From Cyanophora paradoxa CCMP329 (taxonomy: Eukaryota > Plantae > Glaucophyta): DNA of 64,000 nucleotides. Both the position numbers and the translations under genes were made by a program. The notes beneath the pieces were generated by a model. It was not told where the DNA came from and made no database searches. It saw only the letters and a list, made by a program, of their open reading frames with translations. The stretch's first letter is position 1. Each line of letters begins with the position of its first letter. The stretch lies in NCBI GenBank assembly GCA_004431415.1, contig QPMI01000417.1:62001-126000 (forward strand), in the 5' to 3' direction. This document shows positions 1 to 12,427 of the stretch, piece by piece.

Positions 1-235
1 CCTGGCCCCCGGCTAGCTGGCTTGCCTATCGCTGCGGCTGCACCCCTCTTGACGCTGTGTACTCCGCTCCGTTTCGTCACTGTGTACATGTTTCTCATTA
101 TTCAAAGATTCGTACTAGCACGTGCACGGTACCGATCCGCGACCGGGGGGCGCCCCGACGTTCGTTGTGTTTCATCGCTGTGTAACAACGGAGTTTCTCA
201 TTATTTATTATAATTTTGCAGGCGGGGCGATATAG

Positions 236-2739
236 CTAGCTGTAGGTGCCCGAGCGCGGCCAGCCGCCGCCGTGGAAGGACTGGGCCCGGGGCGGGAGCG
301 CCCCCGCCCCCCGCGGCGCCGGGCCCGAGACCAGAATGAGGGACGAGAAATCGGTGGAGGGGGGTACGGGGTCGCCGGGGACGGAGGGGTACCGCTTGCC
401 GCTGGAGGGACGGGGGGGGGGCGGCGCTGGGGGTTGGGCACGGCAGCAGAGGCGGCAGATCCTGAGTAGGGTACCACTAACGCGCGGGCCGCTGCGTTCG
501 CCTGCACCGAAAGGTCAGCCGAGAGGGGGTACGTGAATTTCGCGACGGCGGCACTCGCTCACCTGTGCTCGAAGCGTCGCGTGTTCCCGCTTCTCCAGGT
601 CGACCCACGTGGGCGCCGCCGGCTGCTGCGCGGCGCCGCCCGTCGCAGCCGCCGCCAGGGGTACGGTGCCGGACCGGGGGGCGAAGTCGGAGGTGAGGGG
701 CCCCCTGGCCACCTGGCCGGGCGCCCCCCAGTACCTAGCTTCTTCCCCCCCGGAGGGAGGGGTAGTCCCGCTTGGCCCCCCGGGGCCCCCGGGGCCGGCG
801 AGGCTCGCGCGGCGCACCATGCCGCCACCGCAGCCGCCGGGCCCTGCGCCGGCGCGCATCCGCTGCAGCGACGCCGCCGCGGCGCTGCCGGTGCCCGCCG
901 GTAGGTCCGAGGGGGGTACGGCTGCGACGGAGGGCCCCGCGTAGTGGTACATGGCCGAGGCGGCGGAGGCCGCGCCGGCACCGGGCCAGAGGCTGTACCC
1001 CTTTCAAGGCTTTGCTGGGGCGGGGGCGCGCGGCGGGGGGCGGGGCGGAGGAGGAGGAAGACGCGGCGGGGGCGGGGGCAGGGGGCGGGGAGGGGGCGAG
1101 AGGGGCCGGGGCGGGGGCGGGGGCGGGCGCGGGGGCCTTGATGGATTCCGCGGCAGCGGCGAGGGCGGCCGCGGTGGCGAGGGGGTTGGCGGGGAGGGGT
1201 AGAGGGAATGTGAGGGCGGGGAGAGAAGAGACGGCCCCGGAGTGCCCCAGGGCCGCCACGGAGGCCCCCGCCGCCACCGCCGCGTTTGCCTGCGGGGGAG
1301 GGGGGGTACGTGAGAACGGAAGGGAGGATAACGGTGTACCCCCCGGACCTGCTGGACGGCGGCGTGGTGCGCGGCGGCGGACAGGAGCTGCGACTGGAGC
1401 TGCTGGTTCTGCAGCAGTAGCTGCGAAAAAGGGGGGAATGAGCTCGAGCCGTGTGGGGGGTACGGCGCGCTCCGGAGGGGGGTACGGGTACTGCAGCTGT
1501 ACCTGGAGGTACTGCTCGAAGGAGAGGGAGGTGGCGAACGCCCCAGAGCCGGAACCTGCGCCGGGCTCCTCCCCGGGGCCCCCGGGGTACGCCGGCGCGG
1601 CGGGGGGCGGCGGAGGCTCGGCGGAGAGCGCGTAGAACTGCAGCATTTGGCTGGCGGCTTTGGCCACCTCAGGAGTAGGAGTCTGTACTGCGGTGTTCCT
1701 GAATATACGAGGGATCACGGGAAAAAAAAGCTGGCGGCTTGTAGGACCTGTCGTAGATCCCGCGCGCCGAAGGGTCAGCCGGCAGCCAAGGGCGAAGCCA
1801 AAGCTCTTCTTAGCGGCTTCTCAGCACGCGTCGAGTGAGATTAGCTTCTTCTTCTTCTTCGAGCGGCCCGTTCTTCTTATAAGATTAGCATTCGTCAGCT
1901 CGATCGCGAACCGTTCTTTAATTAGCTTATCAGCTTTTTATGCGCCACCTTGCAATTGGGCTTCCTATAATCTTCTTCGAATTCTTCGCACCTGCTTCAG
2001 GTACGTCTGCTCGCGGAGCTGGGCGCGCTTCACCAGGTTCTGGGGCGGGCCCCGCGCCTTTGTCTTCGGCTTGGGCGCCCCCGCCCCCGCCGCCGCCCCC
2101 TGCGGCTGCGCGGGTGGGGTCGGATCGGATAGGTGATAAGAAGAAGGCGAGTGATCGAGCCCGATTGCTCCTATGTTGCATCTTTGTTCGAACGGGAAGG
2201 GGCGTGTGTACGATTATTAGGCCGATCCCGATTATTACTATGTTGTATCTTTATTGGATGTTTGTGCTTTGGAACGATCTATCGGCTGTCTCGCGCGCAC
2301 GTCTCTATCTTCAACGCGCAAGGGCGCGACCGAACGACCGAGCACGATTGCTACTATGTTGTATCTTATTCGAACGGGAAGGGGCGTAGGGGTACGTGCG
2401 TACCTGGGCGTACGGGCTGTCCTTCCCGAGCGTGCTCCGCACCGGCCCGCCGCCGCCGGCGCCGGCGCCCCACGCCGGCTTGCTGCAGCTGCCCGCCCCG
2501 TCCCCGGCGGCCTGGAGCGGCCCCGCCCCCGCCCCGCCCGACCCCGATCCGTCCGCCGCATCTTTCGCCCTCTGCTCCGCCAGCCTCCGCCTCTCCAGGC
2601 TCGCCTGGGTACCCAGTTGAACAAGCTCCGAAAATGTCCCTGGGCGGATATCGATTGCGCAGGAGGTTGCAATTGGAGCTGGCTCCCAGGAGCTTCTCGT
2701 ACCGCTCCGCGGCGCCCGGGGCGGGGTACACGCGCGCCC
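236..2739 (-). pseudogene. Partial, diverged duplicate of the 3' exons and introns of the TTLL6-like gene (no catalytic TTL domain)
   Basis: Colinear with 12428-14752, sharing peptides YPAPGAAERYEKLLGASS, MLQFYALSAEPP and WVDLEKREHATLRAQ and the same TAG. Homology stops abruptly at 2739/14752 and extends into the 3' flank (~88 vs ~12350). Apparent frameshifts near 412-421 (G10 vs G8) and ~1000, and the donor after LLR is lost. Confidence 0.75.
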
Positions 2740-2987
2740 GGATTCCCGTACCCGGGAGGGTAAGACGAGGATGTCTGGATCAGCCCAACCAGGCGCTTCC
2801 GGGCATAAGCGACCTCCGGAGAACTCTCCGGAGAACCTCCTGGCATAAGCGACCTCCAGGCATAAGCTGGCTGCGGCCCGTCCATGGCGCCGCCGGCGCC
2901 GCTGTCGCTCAGCGTGACCAGCGCGACTCAGTGAGGTAGGCGGCTGGCGCGCCGATCGCGAGCGGCGGCGCGAAATGGGCGTCAACC

Positions 2988-3320
2988 TGCAGCGTGCAGC
3001 TGCAAGTACTACTGTAGGATTGCTTTTTTAGCCGATGTTTTAAATTGCCGTATATTGCCGAGAGGCGGAATTCGGCAATTTTAAACCACGGCAATTCTCA
3101 GGGGGTAGAGCTAAACGACCGATTTTGTATGGCGCCATAGAAGAAATCCAGAGTTTCGGCAATTTATCGTCACGGCAATTCTGGTTTTTGTCGAATTCGG
3201 CAATTTAACTACGCGGCAATTTAAGCATTCCTACAGTAGCAGGCTAGTACTTGCAGCGTGCAGCTGCAAGTACTAGCAGGCTAGTACTTGCAGCGTGCAG
3301 CTGCAAGTACTAGCCTGCTA
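2988..3320. repeat. 37-bp tandem repeat ending in a perfect 21-bp-stem hairpin (3274-3320), interrupted by the MITE
   Basis: Unit tagcaggctagtacttgcagcgtgcagctgcaagtac. Stem tagcaggctagtacttgcagc / gctgcaagtactagcctgcta. Confidence 0.8.
3012..3236. mobile_element. MITE, Tc1/mariner-type (TA target duplication)
   Basis: TIRs CTGTAGGATTGCTT ... AAGCATTCCTACAG (13/14 match) flanked by TA (3010-11, 3237-38). Internal CGGCAATT/AATTGCCG repeats. The adjacent repeat unit shows the empty site caagtacTAgcagg (3267-3280). Confidence 0.85.
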
Positions 3321-3465
3321 CCGCGGCCCGCGGTACCGGCCGGTGGTTCCAATTGCAACAGGCTACTAGTAGTAATCTAGTACTACGGTAGTACCGGCGC
3401 GGTACTCTCGAATCTCGATCAGACACTGAGACTCTGATGAGACTCGGAGAGTCTCAGTCTGTGAC

Positions 3466-3667
3466 TACCGTGTAACACATAAATACTGGACTCACTTAAT
3501 TAACAGAGTCCTAAATTAACAGACCGAAAATTTGACACAGTCTGTTAATTTGGGACTCTGCTAATTCCCTCTTGTTCAGACGTCCCATACAAATTGATAC
3601 AATCTAACCCCCAAGATTACCGCCCCATACAAGCCCAAATGTTTCAGTCTGTTAATTTGGGACTCTG
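3466..3667. repeat. Inverted/direct ~21-bp repeats, probable DNA-transposon end remnant
   Basis: cagagtcctaaattaacagac (~3504) is the near reverse complement of gtctgttaatttgggactctg (~3540 and ~3647). AT-rich. No matching second terminus found. Confidence 0.4.
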
Positions 3668-4510
3668 TTCGAAGCACTTCGTCGCTTCGAACCGGCGCGC
3701 ATCGCCCGCAAGGGGGTACCCCCCGCTGCAGCGCGGAATCTATATCGATATCGCCTTCTCTGCACCCTCCCCGGCCCTACGCGCCTGAAGCTTGGCGCTT
3801 TCGAAGCTTGGTTGCGCCCGTAAGCTGCAGTCTCGGTCGCGGCCCACAGTTCGGCGCCGTTGTACCGGCTTGGCTTGCACACGAGCCAGCCCCCGTAATT
3901 CTCAGTTATAATATATCGCGCCGCCACCTTAATTATTTTTATGCTGCGCGATCGCCTTTTCTTGTAAATCTTATTTTCATAAATTTTTTAACCCTACTCC
4001 GTGGCACTCGGCACGGCCCCACACAGCTGGGGGGGTACGGAGTAATACGCGCTCTGAGATGCATTGTTAACCTTACGAATACCTGCTGCCAGAGCCTGCC
4101 ACAGTGCCACAGTGCCAGTGTGCCACTGCGGCAGCGCTAGCTCGATCACGAGACACCGAGTCGCCATCATTGGATATCGACCGGACTCCGGGACGAAGTT
4201 TTTGTACGACCGCTCGGCCCGGCTCGAGCTCGGGCCGCTTAAGCTTGAGCAGGAGCTCGCCATACCGTAGTACCGCCATGATACCGGTATACCGCCGGGC
4301 CGGTATACATATACTTATACGTATACGTATATCATTCAAGAGTCCTGCAGCTGCAGTACTTTGGCTCAGCGGCTAGCCTAGTAGCTCAGCTGCGACTGCT
4401 TAAGCTTTAGCATGCGTAATTAAATATAAGCCCTGACTCAGCGAGGACATTACCGTAGTACGATCGCAATCGGCAGCGACCGCCGGGCAACGAGCTCGAG
4501 ACGTGTACGT

Positions 4511-6630
4511 ATGTTCACGCGTACGCGAGCGCATATGCACACATATGGATATCGTGCGGGCGTACGCGTAGCTGCAACAGCGTATGCCCTCACGATCGGG
4601 CTCTTTGTGCTTTTCGGAGTTGGGTTCGGAGCTGGGGCGTCTGATCATGACAGCACGATCGCCGCCGGGTCGATCAAAGGTACGTCTATCGCCGGGGCGT
4701 ATATAGTTCCGAAGTTTGAGTGGTGGTCGATATCGCTTGTAACCGCGTTGATCTGAGTCGCTTGTAACCGCGTTGATCTGAGTGCCTGACCATGGCCTCC
4801 CGGCCCGGGCTCATGCATGATGACGGCCGCCCGATATCGATCGCGAAGTTCCGATTGCGAGCCTAGGCCGCCGGGCCTTCAAATTCAGAGCCTGCGAATT
4901 CGAATGCCAATCCATTCACATGTCCATTTGGCGCGCAGTGAACCGCGTGTCGCTGGGGACGTTCCAAGCAGCTGGCCATGGTGGCGAGGGGCTTCTTTGT
5001 TTCGTCACGTCGCCCGCAGACAATGCGGTGATCGCCGCTGTTGGCGACCTCGCCGACGCCAACACAACCAAAGACTCGTATCTCGTGAAGGTAAGTTCTT
5101 ACAATCTAAATCTTACGATAAGATCGTCGGGCTCGTTAATATATAATTACTAGTACTAGTTAATATTACTGCAACCAACGTCGACTCGCTGCCATATATA
5201 TGTAGTCGCTGGGTCGATCGGTGACATCTAGATCTCGATTGTTACCAATGAAACGAATTGACCTATAATATTGATGCATAATGAAATAAACGTTTTGACC
5301 GATAATATTTAATAATAATGCAGCTCGCCCCCCCGACATGGACGGAAGTCGCCCTCCAGTCGCGGGAGCTCGGCCTATCGCTGCTCGAGGGCGAGGGAAA
5401 GCCGCTACAGAAGGGAGCGATGAACTGTACTGTCGATTCAGACGGTTCGCGCTTTAATCTAAAAACATGAACGGTCGGTACGGTACTGGGAATTCGAACT
5501 GCTGAGCGTGAGGCTTGCGCGAAGGCCGGTACGCATATTTCGCGAGCGCTCGGGAAGTCATCCAGGTCGACATCGCCACGCTCTTGACGACTGCCAAATT
5601 CTCCCTCGACGAGGCGAGCCGGCTGCATGATTACCGTGTCGTCAGCATCCACTCTGCCCGCGACAGCGTACGTTAACGTTGACCTTTCCGTGCACGCATA
5701 CAAATACAAATTAATGCAACCTGTATATATACTCAATCTTTTTCATATCAAAACTTTCGATTCTTGCATGCATATGTACAAGTGCTTGCGCCACAAAGTT
5801 AAATTTCAGCAATCCGCATTCGCGATCGTGCCGCAGTGCACGTGCCCCGGGCATTAAATTTTACATCAATCAATATTAATCTCCACATCGTTGACCACCC
5901 TTCCTTGCAGGTGTACGTGGTGGCGTCGCGGCGGCTGGACTCCCGGAACGCCGATCGCGAGGGCTTGAGCGCCCCCGGCCGCGTTATCCGCCTAAGCACT
6001 GCGACAGCTCCTCTGGTGATGAACCCAAAGCGCACCCTGCTGGGTGCCGGCCCTGGCCTCCTCCCCGTGAGTCAGGCCGTCGACCTCGAGCTCGGCCGTC
6101 CCCGCGCGTCCGTTCTCGCGCCCACCGCGGGCCTTCTTTTCGTCGCTACGGACGGCCTTGGGGCCCGCGCCCTCCGCCTTGACGATCTCTCCGCCCATGC
6201 CGACGTTCCTCGTATCTCGGGTGGCAGCAACACAGTCCAAGGGCCGTACAGCGGCGCAGTGGCTGAGTCAGTCGGCCGTCTCTACTTCCTCTCGCTGCCC
6301 AACCCCGTCAAGATGTGCGCTCCGTGCCCGGACTTCTCCGTACGCGCGAGGCAGCACGCGCGCGGCCTCTTCGCCAGCAATGAGGAGTCCGCCGACTTCT
6401 GCTCTAACTGCGACGGCGCGACACGTCTGCTTCCCGTGGGGCAGGCGTGCGGCGCCTGCCCCACGCCGCCCCCGCGCTTCGCGATCGACAGGCGGACGGC
6501 GTTGTTCGATCGCGAAGAACTCGAGCTCGAGGAGCCTAGGCCTGCGCATGATCACTCCGGCGCTGCGAGGGGCCCGGGTGCGGTCGATCGCAACAGCCAC
6601 AAAGCTACATGCATTGTGGTGGATATCTAG
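4511..6630 (+). CDS. Multi-exon secreted/surface protein, possibly beta-propeller-like repeats with a Cys-rich C-terminus
   Basis: Hydrophobic N-terminus (AYALTIGLFVLFGVGFGAGA). Phase-compatible GT-AG junctions at 4680/4939 and 5091/5323. Exons ..SYLVK|LAPPTWTEV..LEGEGKPL.. and VYVVAS..PGRVIRL..LGRPRASVLAPTAGLLFVAT. 3' end uncertain. Confidence 0.5.
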
Positions 6631-6879
6631 ACGTAATATAATGCTCGTTTCCCGCAGTCGGCGACTCTTCTTCCGGAGACGCAATTGCAAGACCAATTGC
6701 AAGCTCCCCATGGCCATCGAGCTCGCGCCCGCGGCGGACGCTCGCGGAGGACTCGCGCAACGTTCTTGTGACCCTCTTTCATTTTGAGGCGTCGGATTCC
6801 TTGTAAGATAAGAAATACACATATAGAAGATATCATCTATAATTATATTTTCTGATCGTGAGATCGCGCCAGCCTGACC

Positions 6880-9800
6880 ATGTGGCGCAACGATACGTAC
6901 CGTGCGGAGCTTCCGGTGTGCACGTGCATGCGCATGTTTTCCGAATTCGAAATCCGCCTTCACATAGATGCATACGAGATGCATACGTATATACCATGAT
7001 ATGTTCATATTTAAATTGATTATTCTTCGGCTTTTCCGCCTCGAGCTCGAGCTCGCAGGTCGCGGCTCCGTCGACGTCGTCAACAAACATGCCGGCGCCA
7101 GTCGTTTTTTTCTCTTGCGCGACTGTCATCCCAGGCGCCAACGCTGCGCCAACCGATGCGCGGGCGTATGCCATCGTTCCTTCGGAGCAGGGGGCAGGTC
7201 TGCATGCGCACGGGCGTCCGCGCTGAATTTGTGGCGTCTATTAACTCTCGCATACACAGCCATCGCGGCGTTCACGCTGTTCCCCACGTTTGCGATCGCG
7301 AGCGACGGCCTCGTCGGCCCTGCGATATCGATTGCGAGCGACAGTCTTTCGAATTCCGAGGTCCTTCAGGTGCGCTAGGATATTGGCGCCGGCCTAGATT
7401 TTAAACTGCTGCATCGCGGCCTTTTCGAATATATACTGATCACGTGCACGTACACGGCCGCGTTGGCTGCGCGCGACGACATCGGATCAGGTGGTTCGCA
7501 GTGGGCCAAGCACTAGCGGATTCTCGAGCTCCGTGATCATCGGCCTTCCTGGCGTCCCGCCCGCACCAGCCGGTGCTCCGCCACCAGGCAATGTTCCGCC
7601 CCCAGATGGCGCTCCGAACGCATCCCCCGTGGGGCCACCTATTACCCCCAGCCCGTCACCGATATCGATGGCTAGTCCTTCGCCCAGCCCGTCACCGATA
7701 TCGATGGCTAGTCCTTCGCCCAGCCCGTCGCCGTCATCGACACCCTCGCCCACCCCCAGCCCATGTCTACCCACGCCATGCAAGCAGTGCTCAGCATTCT
7801 CATACAGCAATCCGGGAGCAAACTCTGGAATGTACTGCAACAATTGTCTTGCCAACGGGATTCTGCCCACCTGCGAGCCCTGCTTTCAGTGCAGGCGATG
7901 CGTGCTTTGCCCAGTAGCTAGTTCGCCCTTGTGCACTGGCGGGCGTCGTCGCGAACGCAGAGGGCTTCGCGGAAGCGCTGATCATGAGAACAACGTTAGC
8001 ACGACCTCGACCTTGTCCGCCAAGACGCATGCCGCCGACGCCGCGCGTTCGACCTTGCAAAAATCGAAATCTGTACATGTATCCAGCCGGAGCCTTCTCC
8101 AGGTTTTGGATCCGACACCGTCTACGTGTGTGATGACCACCAGCCAGGATACGTACGAGAACTATCCAGACCTACTGTGCCCCTACTCGATCTACTGTAG
8201 GGATGGCTTCGAAAATATAAGAGCGTTATCTGAGCTTATTGAATTTGAGAATGCCTGCTTTGGCTGTTGGACTGATGGTAATCGGCGCTCCATGCTCAAC
8301 GTCGACTCCTCCAAATCCGGTGTCGGTCGCAAGAGCAGAGGTCCTGGCCATATGCATGGATCGACACCGATTTCTACACACTTAGTCAACAGTACAAGTT
8401 CGAAAGTCGGGTTCGCAGACCAACTTCGACGTCGATACGCCCTCGCAGCTTCGAAGGCGAGCGCGTGCTCCGGAGACGGCTGCCCACATGCACTGCTTGT
8501 TCAATTCTCACTGGGAGGTGCGCTGCAATTGCGACCGTCCTTCCGCGGCGTCGGCCGCGTGGCTTACTGGAGCTCATGATCAACCCGCGCACAAATGCAC
8601 GTACGCTGGCAATGGCCACCGCCTGCACAGACCTCTGCTGCAAGTCGTGTGCGCCACATTTATATCCTGTGCAGATATATAGCTGCTGCACGCGTACGCC
8701 TTATCCGCTTCCCAGCTGCAGACACCAAGCTCGGCCCGATCCTCCCCGCGAATACGAGCTCCCTTCGCGGCACAGTGAAGCGATACATTCATGTTGCGGG
8801 CTCAGGCTCCCTTTTCGATACCAATGACCGCGCCCTCGCTCTTTATATCGGCGGCCAGCGCGTCTCCGACCTCGAGCTCACGGCCTCCGCAAATATGCTC
8901 AGCTTCACAATTGCAGCACCCGCAGAGAATCCCTTCAACACCCTCGCTGTCGGTTAGCACGTTTACATGTGCGATCGCGATTCCATCGACTATGAATCTT
9001 GAACGCTGGTGCACGCGCGCAGAGACGCCCTACGACGTCTTGCTGACGACGTCCTGCGGAAACTTCACGCTGCCCAAATCGTACGTCTTCTTCCTGCCGT
9101 CGGGCACCGAAAGCCGGCTCCAAGTCGTCGGCGTGTACAAGCGGGTGCCCGCCAAGAGTTCGGAGAAAGTTTTTATCCGCTGCACTGTGCGCCAATATAT
9201 TAATTCCAATGATGCATATGACTTCAGCCTCGCTATTGTGTACGATAATAACGTTGCGAGTCACGTGCGTGGCCACGTTCGCCGCGCGCAGGGCTGCAAC
9301 TTCGATTCCTCGGATGCGATCGAAGTGTACCTTCAGCTCCCTGACAAGAGCAGCAAGGGCTGGCAGGTGGCTGGCTATAGGGCCCCGAAAGGACGTGCGG
9401 GATGAGGGCAAAGAATGCCACCGTGGCGTCCTCTGAAATGGTCGATTTTGCATCGCCGGAGTTCACCAGCGAGTGCATCAGGAACAACGTTGACCTCGAG
9501 GTCCGCCGAGCCATCCTACAGGGATTTTCGGACCAGCGCGCCCTTAACACCCGCTACGGTGCGGCATCCGGTCGATGTCCGATAACGTTGAACTACACTC
9601 ATGACCATTCTATTTATCCATTTCGAGCAGACGTCGTTCTGATTTCGGCCATCCAAGGACCCTTCGTGCTCTCTGACGTGCGCTGCACATTCGTGCACCG
9701 CGGCTGGTGATAGCCTGTATTTGATGCTGCCGAGTCTCCACGGCAGGCTTTTGAATGGTTTGAGAGCGTGCCCGTTGAGGGGTCCGCCCAGGCTCCGTTC

Positions 9801-10371
9801 CAGTCGTTCGAGAAAAGCGTGAGCGCGTTCCGGTCCCAGCCAATTCAAATTCCGAACGCCTTGAAGGCTCCGTGTATTCACGCCGCTCCGTCGGCAGAGC
9901 ATGCCCGATTACGGTCTGGCGGTGATCATTCCGGTCGCGCTCGGCGGCTGCCTTGTCGCACTCGTCGTCTGCCTTGTCGCGGCGTGCACGTACATGCGCC
10001 GCTGGCGCCGCCTCCCCGACTTTACCGACGTCCGCATCTCCTTCGAGGAGATCGCCCCGCGGCTCGACGCCTCACGTGTCGCGGTGGCGGTGGCAAAGTC
10101 GCTGAAGGCGCCGCGCGTCGCGGCGGTCGGTGTCGACGTACGCGTCAGGCCTGCAGCTGAGGGCGAGCCGCACTCGGTCATCGTTCGCGTGCACGACGTG
10201 CAGCATCGGTCGACGGGCGAGGTCCGCCACGTGAAAAAGGAGCTCGCATCGTGGGCGGCAAATGTCAGCCCGGGCCTGACGATGACCGGCTGCCGCGTCC
10301 GATCGATTGAGACGCTCGGCTTCCGGAGCAATGATATTGACAAAGAAGTCGACCTCGTCGTTTCAATCTAG
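6880..10371 (+). CDS. Multi-exon type I membrane glycoprotein: signal-like segment, Ser-Pro repeat stalk, Cys-rich modules, IPT/TIG-like domain, C-terminal TM helix
   Basis: LWRLLTLAYTAIAAFTLF; (SP)n at ~7645-7760; Cys clusters; TIG-like ..YDVLLTTSCGNFTLPKSYVF; TM GLAVIIPVALGGCLVALVVCLVAACTY followed by basic MRRWRR; stop at 10371. Start codon uncertain. Confidence 0.65.
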
Positions 10372-10499
10372 CTTCCCGCTGACGAATATTAATCTGATCT
10401 GATGATCACGATCTGTTTTTAGGTCGTACACGTCTTGACCGGTGAACAGAAACGTCTTGCCCGGATTTAATTTCTTCTAATCGGACGTTTCCCCACGTC

Positions 10500-11761
10500 G
10501 TACGGACGAGTACGTAGCTAATACCGAAATATACAAGCGAGTCCTTGCGGAGCAGGAGTGGTTTTTGGGTATTGGGGCTGCAAGGCGCAAGGGTAGCTGC
10601 TTAGTGGTTTTTAATGGGGGCCTTCCCGGCCGCATGGCTCGAATGCCTAGCTATAGGGTGGGGGGGCGCGCACCGGCGAGCGGGGGAGGCCATGGCGCGC
10701 GCCGCGATTCAGCGCTTCCACGGATTCACGCTCGGGCGCGCGGATGTGGCGGCGTGGGCAGAGCCGAATGAAGAGAGAGGCCGGAGCGAATCAAGAACCA
10801 GTTTTCCGTGGAGTCGAATAAAGGGGAGATTTTGTCAAACAAAGGAATTTCCCTTTTAGCCAAAGCGATCGAGAAGTACTGTCTGGCGGAGAATTGGAAC
10901 TCGCTTTTGGTCAAGGCGTTCAAAGAGAGCTTGAGTAACAGCGGAATTCAGCATCGACGTGCTGCACTGCAAGCGCTTCTTGACAACTGCAGACAAAACG
11001 CTTCCGAGGCGAGTCGACGTTCAAGTTCGATCATTTCTCTTTTTTCGACCTCCGTTAACCTTGAGCTCTCTTCCTGTAGGCTGATCTCGGAAAAGCAATC
11101 GAAGCTACTACTGGGCTGCTTGAGTAAATTTAAGTGGCTAATTTATATATATAATGACTTGAAGTGATAGCATTCCATGCTTACCTGCAGGCCGGAATGC
11201 ATTCTGCGGGCGCCGCTGGGGCCTTCGCACTTGGCGCACCTGCCCCCGCAGCAGGCGTCCCAGCAGCAGGCGTCCCCGCGGCCGCAGCAGGCATTGACGT
11301 CCTGGCTGAGGTGCAGCGCCGGATGCTGCTCGCGCAGCAACAAATCATGCTCGAGGCCTAGGTGCTGCAGCAGCAGCAACAGCAACAGCAGCAGCAGCAA
11401 CATCTCATGCAGCACTCTCGCGCGGGAAAATGGGGCCTAACGTCCGGCCCGTCTGAAGCCTAGATGGCCGCCCCCTCCCGCCCCCTCCCGCGGCCTCCTG
11501 CTGCCCTGCGGCGCTTGCGGTGGCTGCTGCGGGCCTGCGGGCCTGCGTCTGGCGCGGCGGGCGCGCGGGGCCTGCGGGGCCTGCGGGGCCTGCGGGGCCT
11601 GCGGGGTCTCGCGGGGGCCTGCGGGGTCTCGCGGGGCCTGCGGGGAAAAGCGGGGACTGCCTCGCTCTTCCGCGGAAATCGGCGGTTTTGCATAGGGGGC
11701 CCGTCTGAGCGCCTAGGTTTTGACCCATGGAGTGTGCATGAAAGCAGCAGCTGCAGCTTAT

Positions 11762-11830
<69 letters not shown>

Positions 11831-11948
11831 GAATGGCAGCTCTGCAGGGCTGGCCATGGAAATGGCTGATCATGAAGCCCCTCGCCAAGCTCCGGCGCTC
11901 CAGGATGACATGCCTCCCGGGGCAGTCCCCATGGCCATGGCCAACTAA
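10500..11948 (+). pseudogene. Degenerate multi-exon gene fragment with poly-Gln tracts
   Basis: Coding-like helical segment 10790-11007 ending at a GC donor, and an Ala/Gln-rich exon with an in-frame TAG (11359-61) just before Q-runs. No clear start. Confidence 0.35.
11763..11825 (+). repeat. (CAG)21 microsatellite
   Basis: Direct read. A GGCCTGCGG 9-mer array lies at ~11532-11645. Confidence 0.95.
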
Positions 11949-12427
11949 ATTTGCAATTGATTGTCATTGATGTCGATGACAGTGAATCTGTGCATTCAAT
12001 GATTATAAGAATGATACTCGATCGATCAGATCCTTCGGATGTCTTTGGGCTATAGTCCGCTTGAGGGGGGTTCTCGGGTCTCGGATCATCGGATCGGGCT
12101 GGGGCGTGTCTATGCATGTGCGTGGCGCCGGCCATGCATATGGTGGTGCGATGCCACGATGCATATCGTGGCGAAAGGCCCCGAGGCCCTTGAAGCTTCG
12201 CGAGAGCGCAAGCTCCCGGCCAGCTTGCCTACGACCCGACGCGACCCCGTGCATGTATACGTAGCTATAGGCTGCACCCCCGGCGCTGGCCGCCCTCACG
12301 AACTCCACTCCTTCCAATGTTAACGGTCCTTGCATGCTTGCATGAACGGAGTTCCTCATTATTAAAAGATTCGTACAGTACGGTACCGATCCGCGAGCAG
12401 CGGGCCGGGAGCAGGCGGCGCGGGGCG

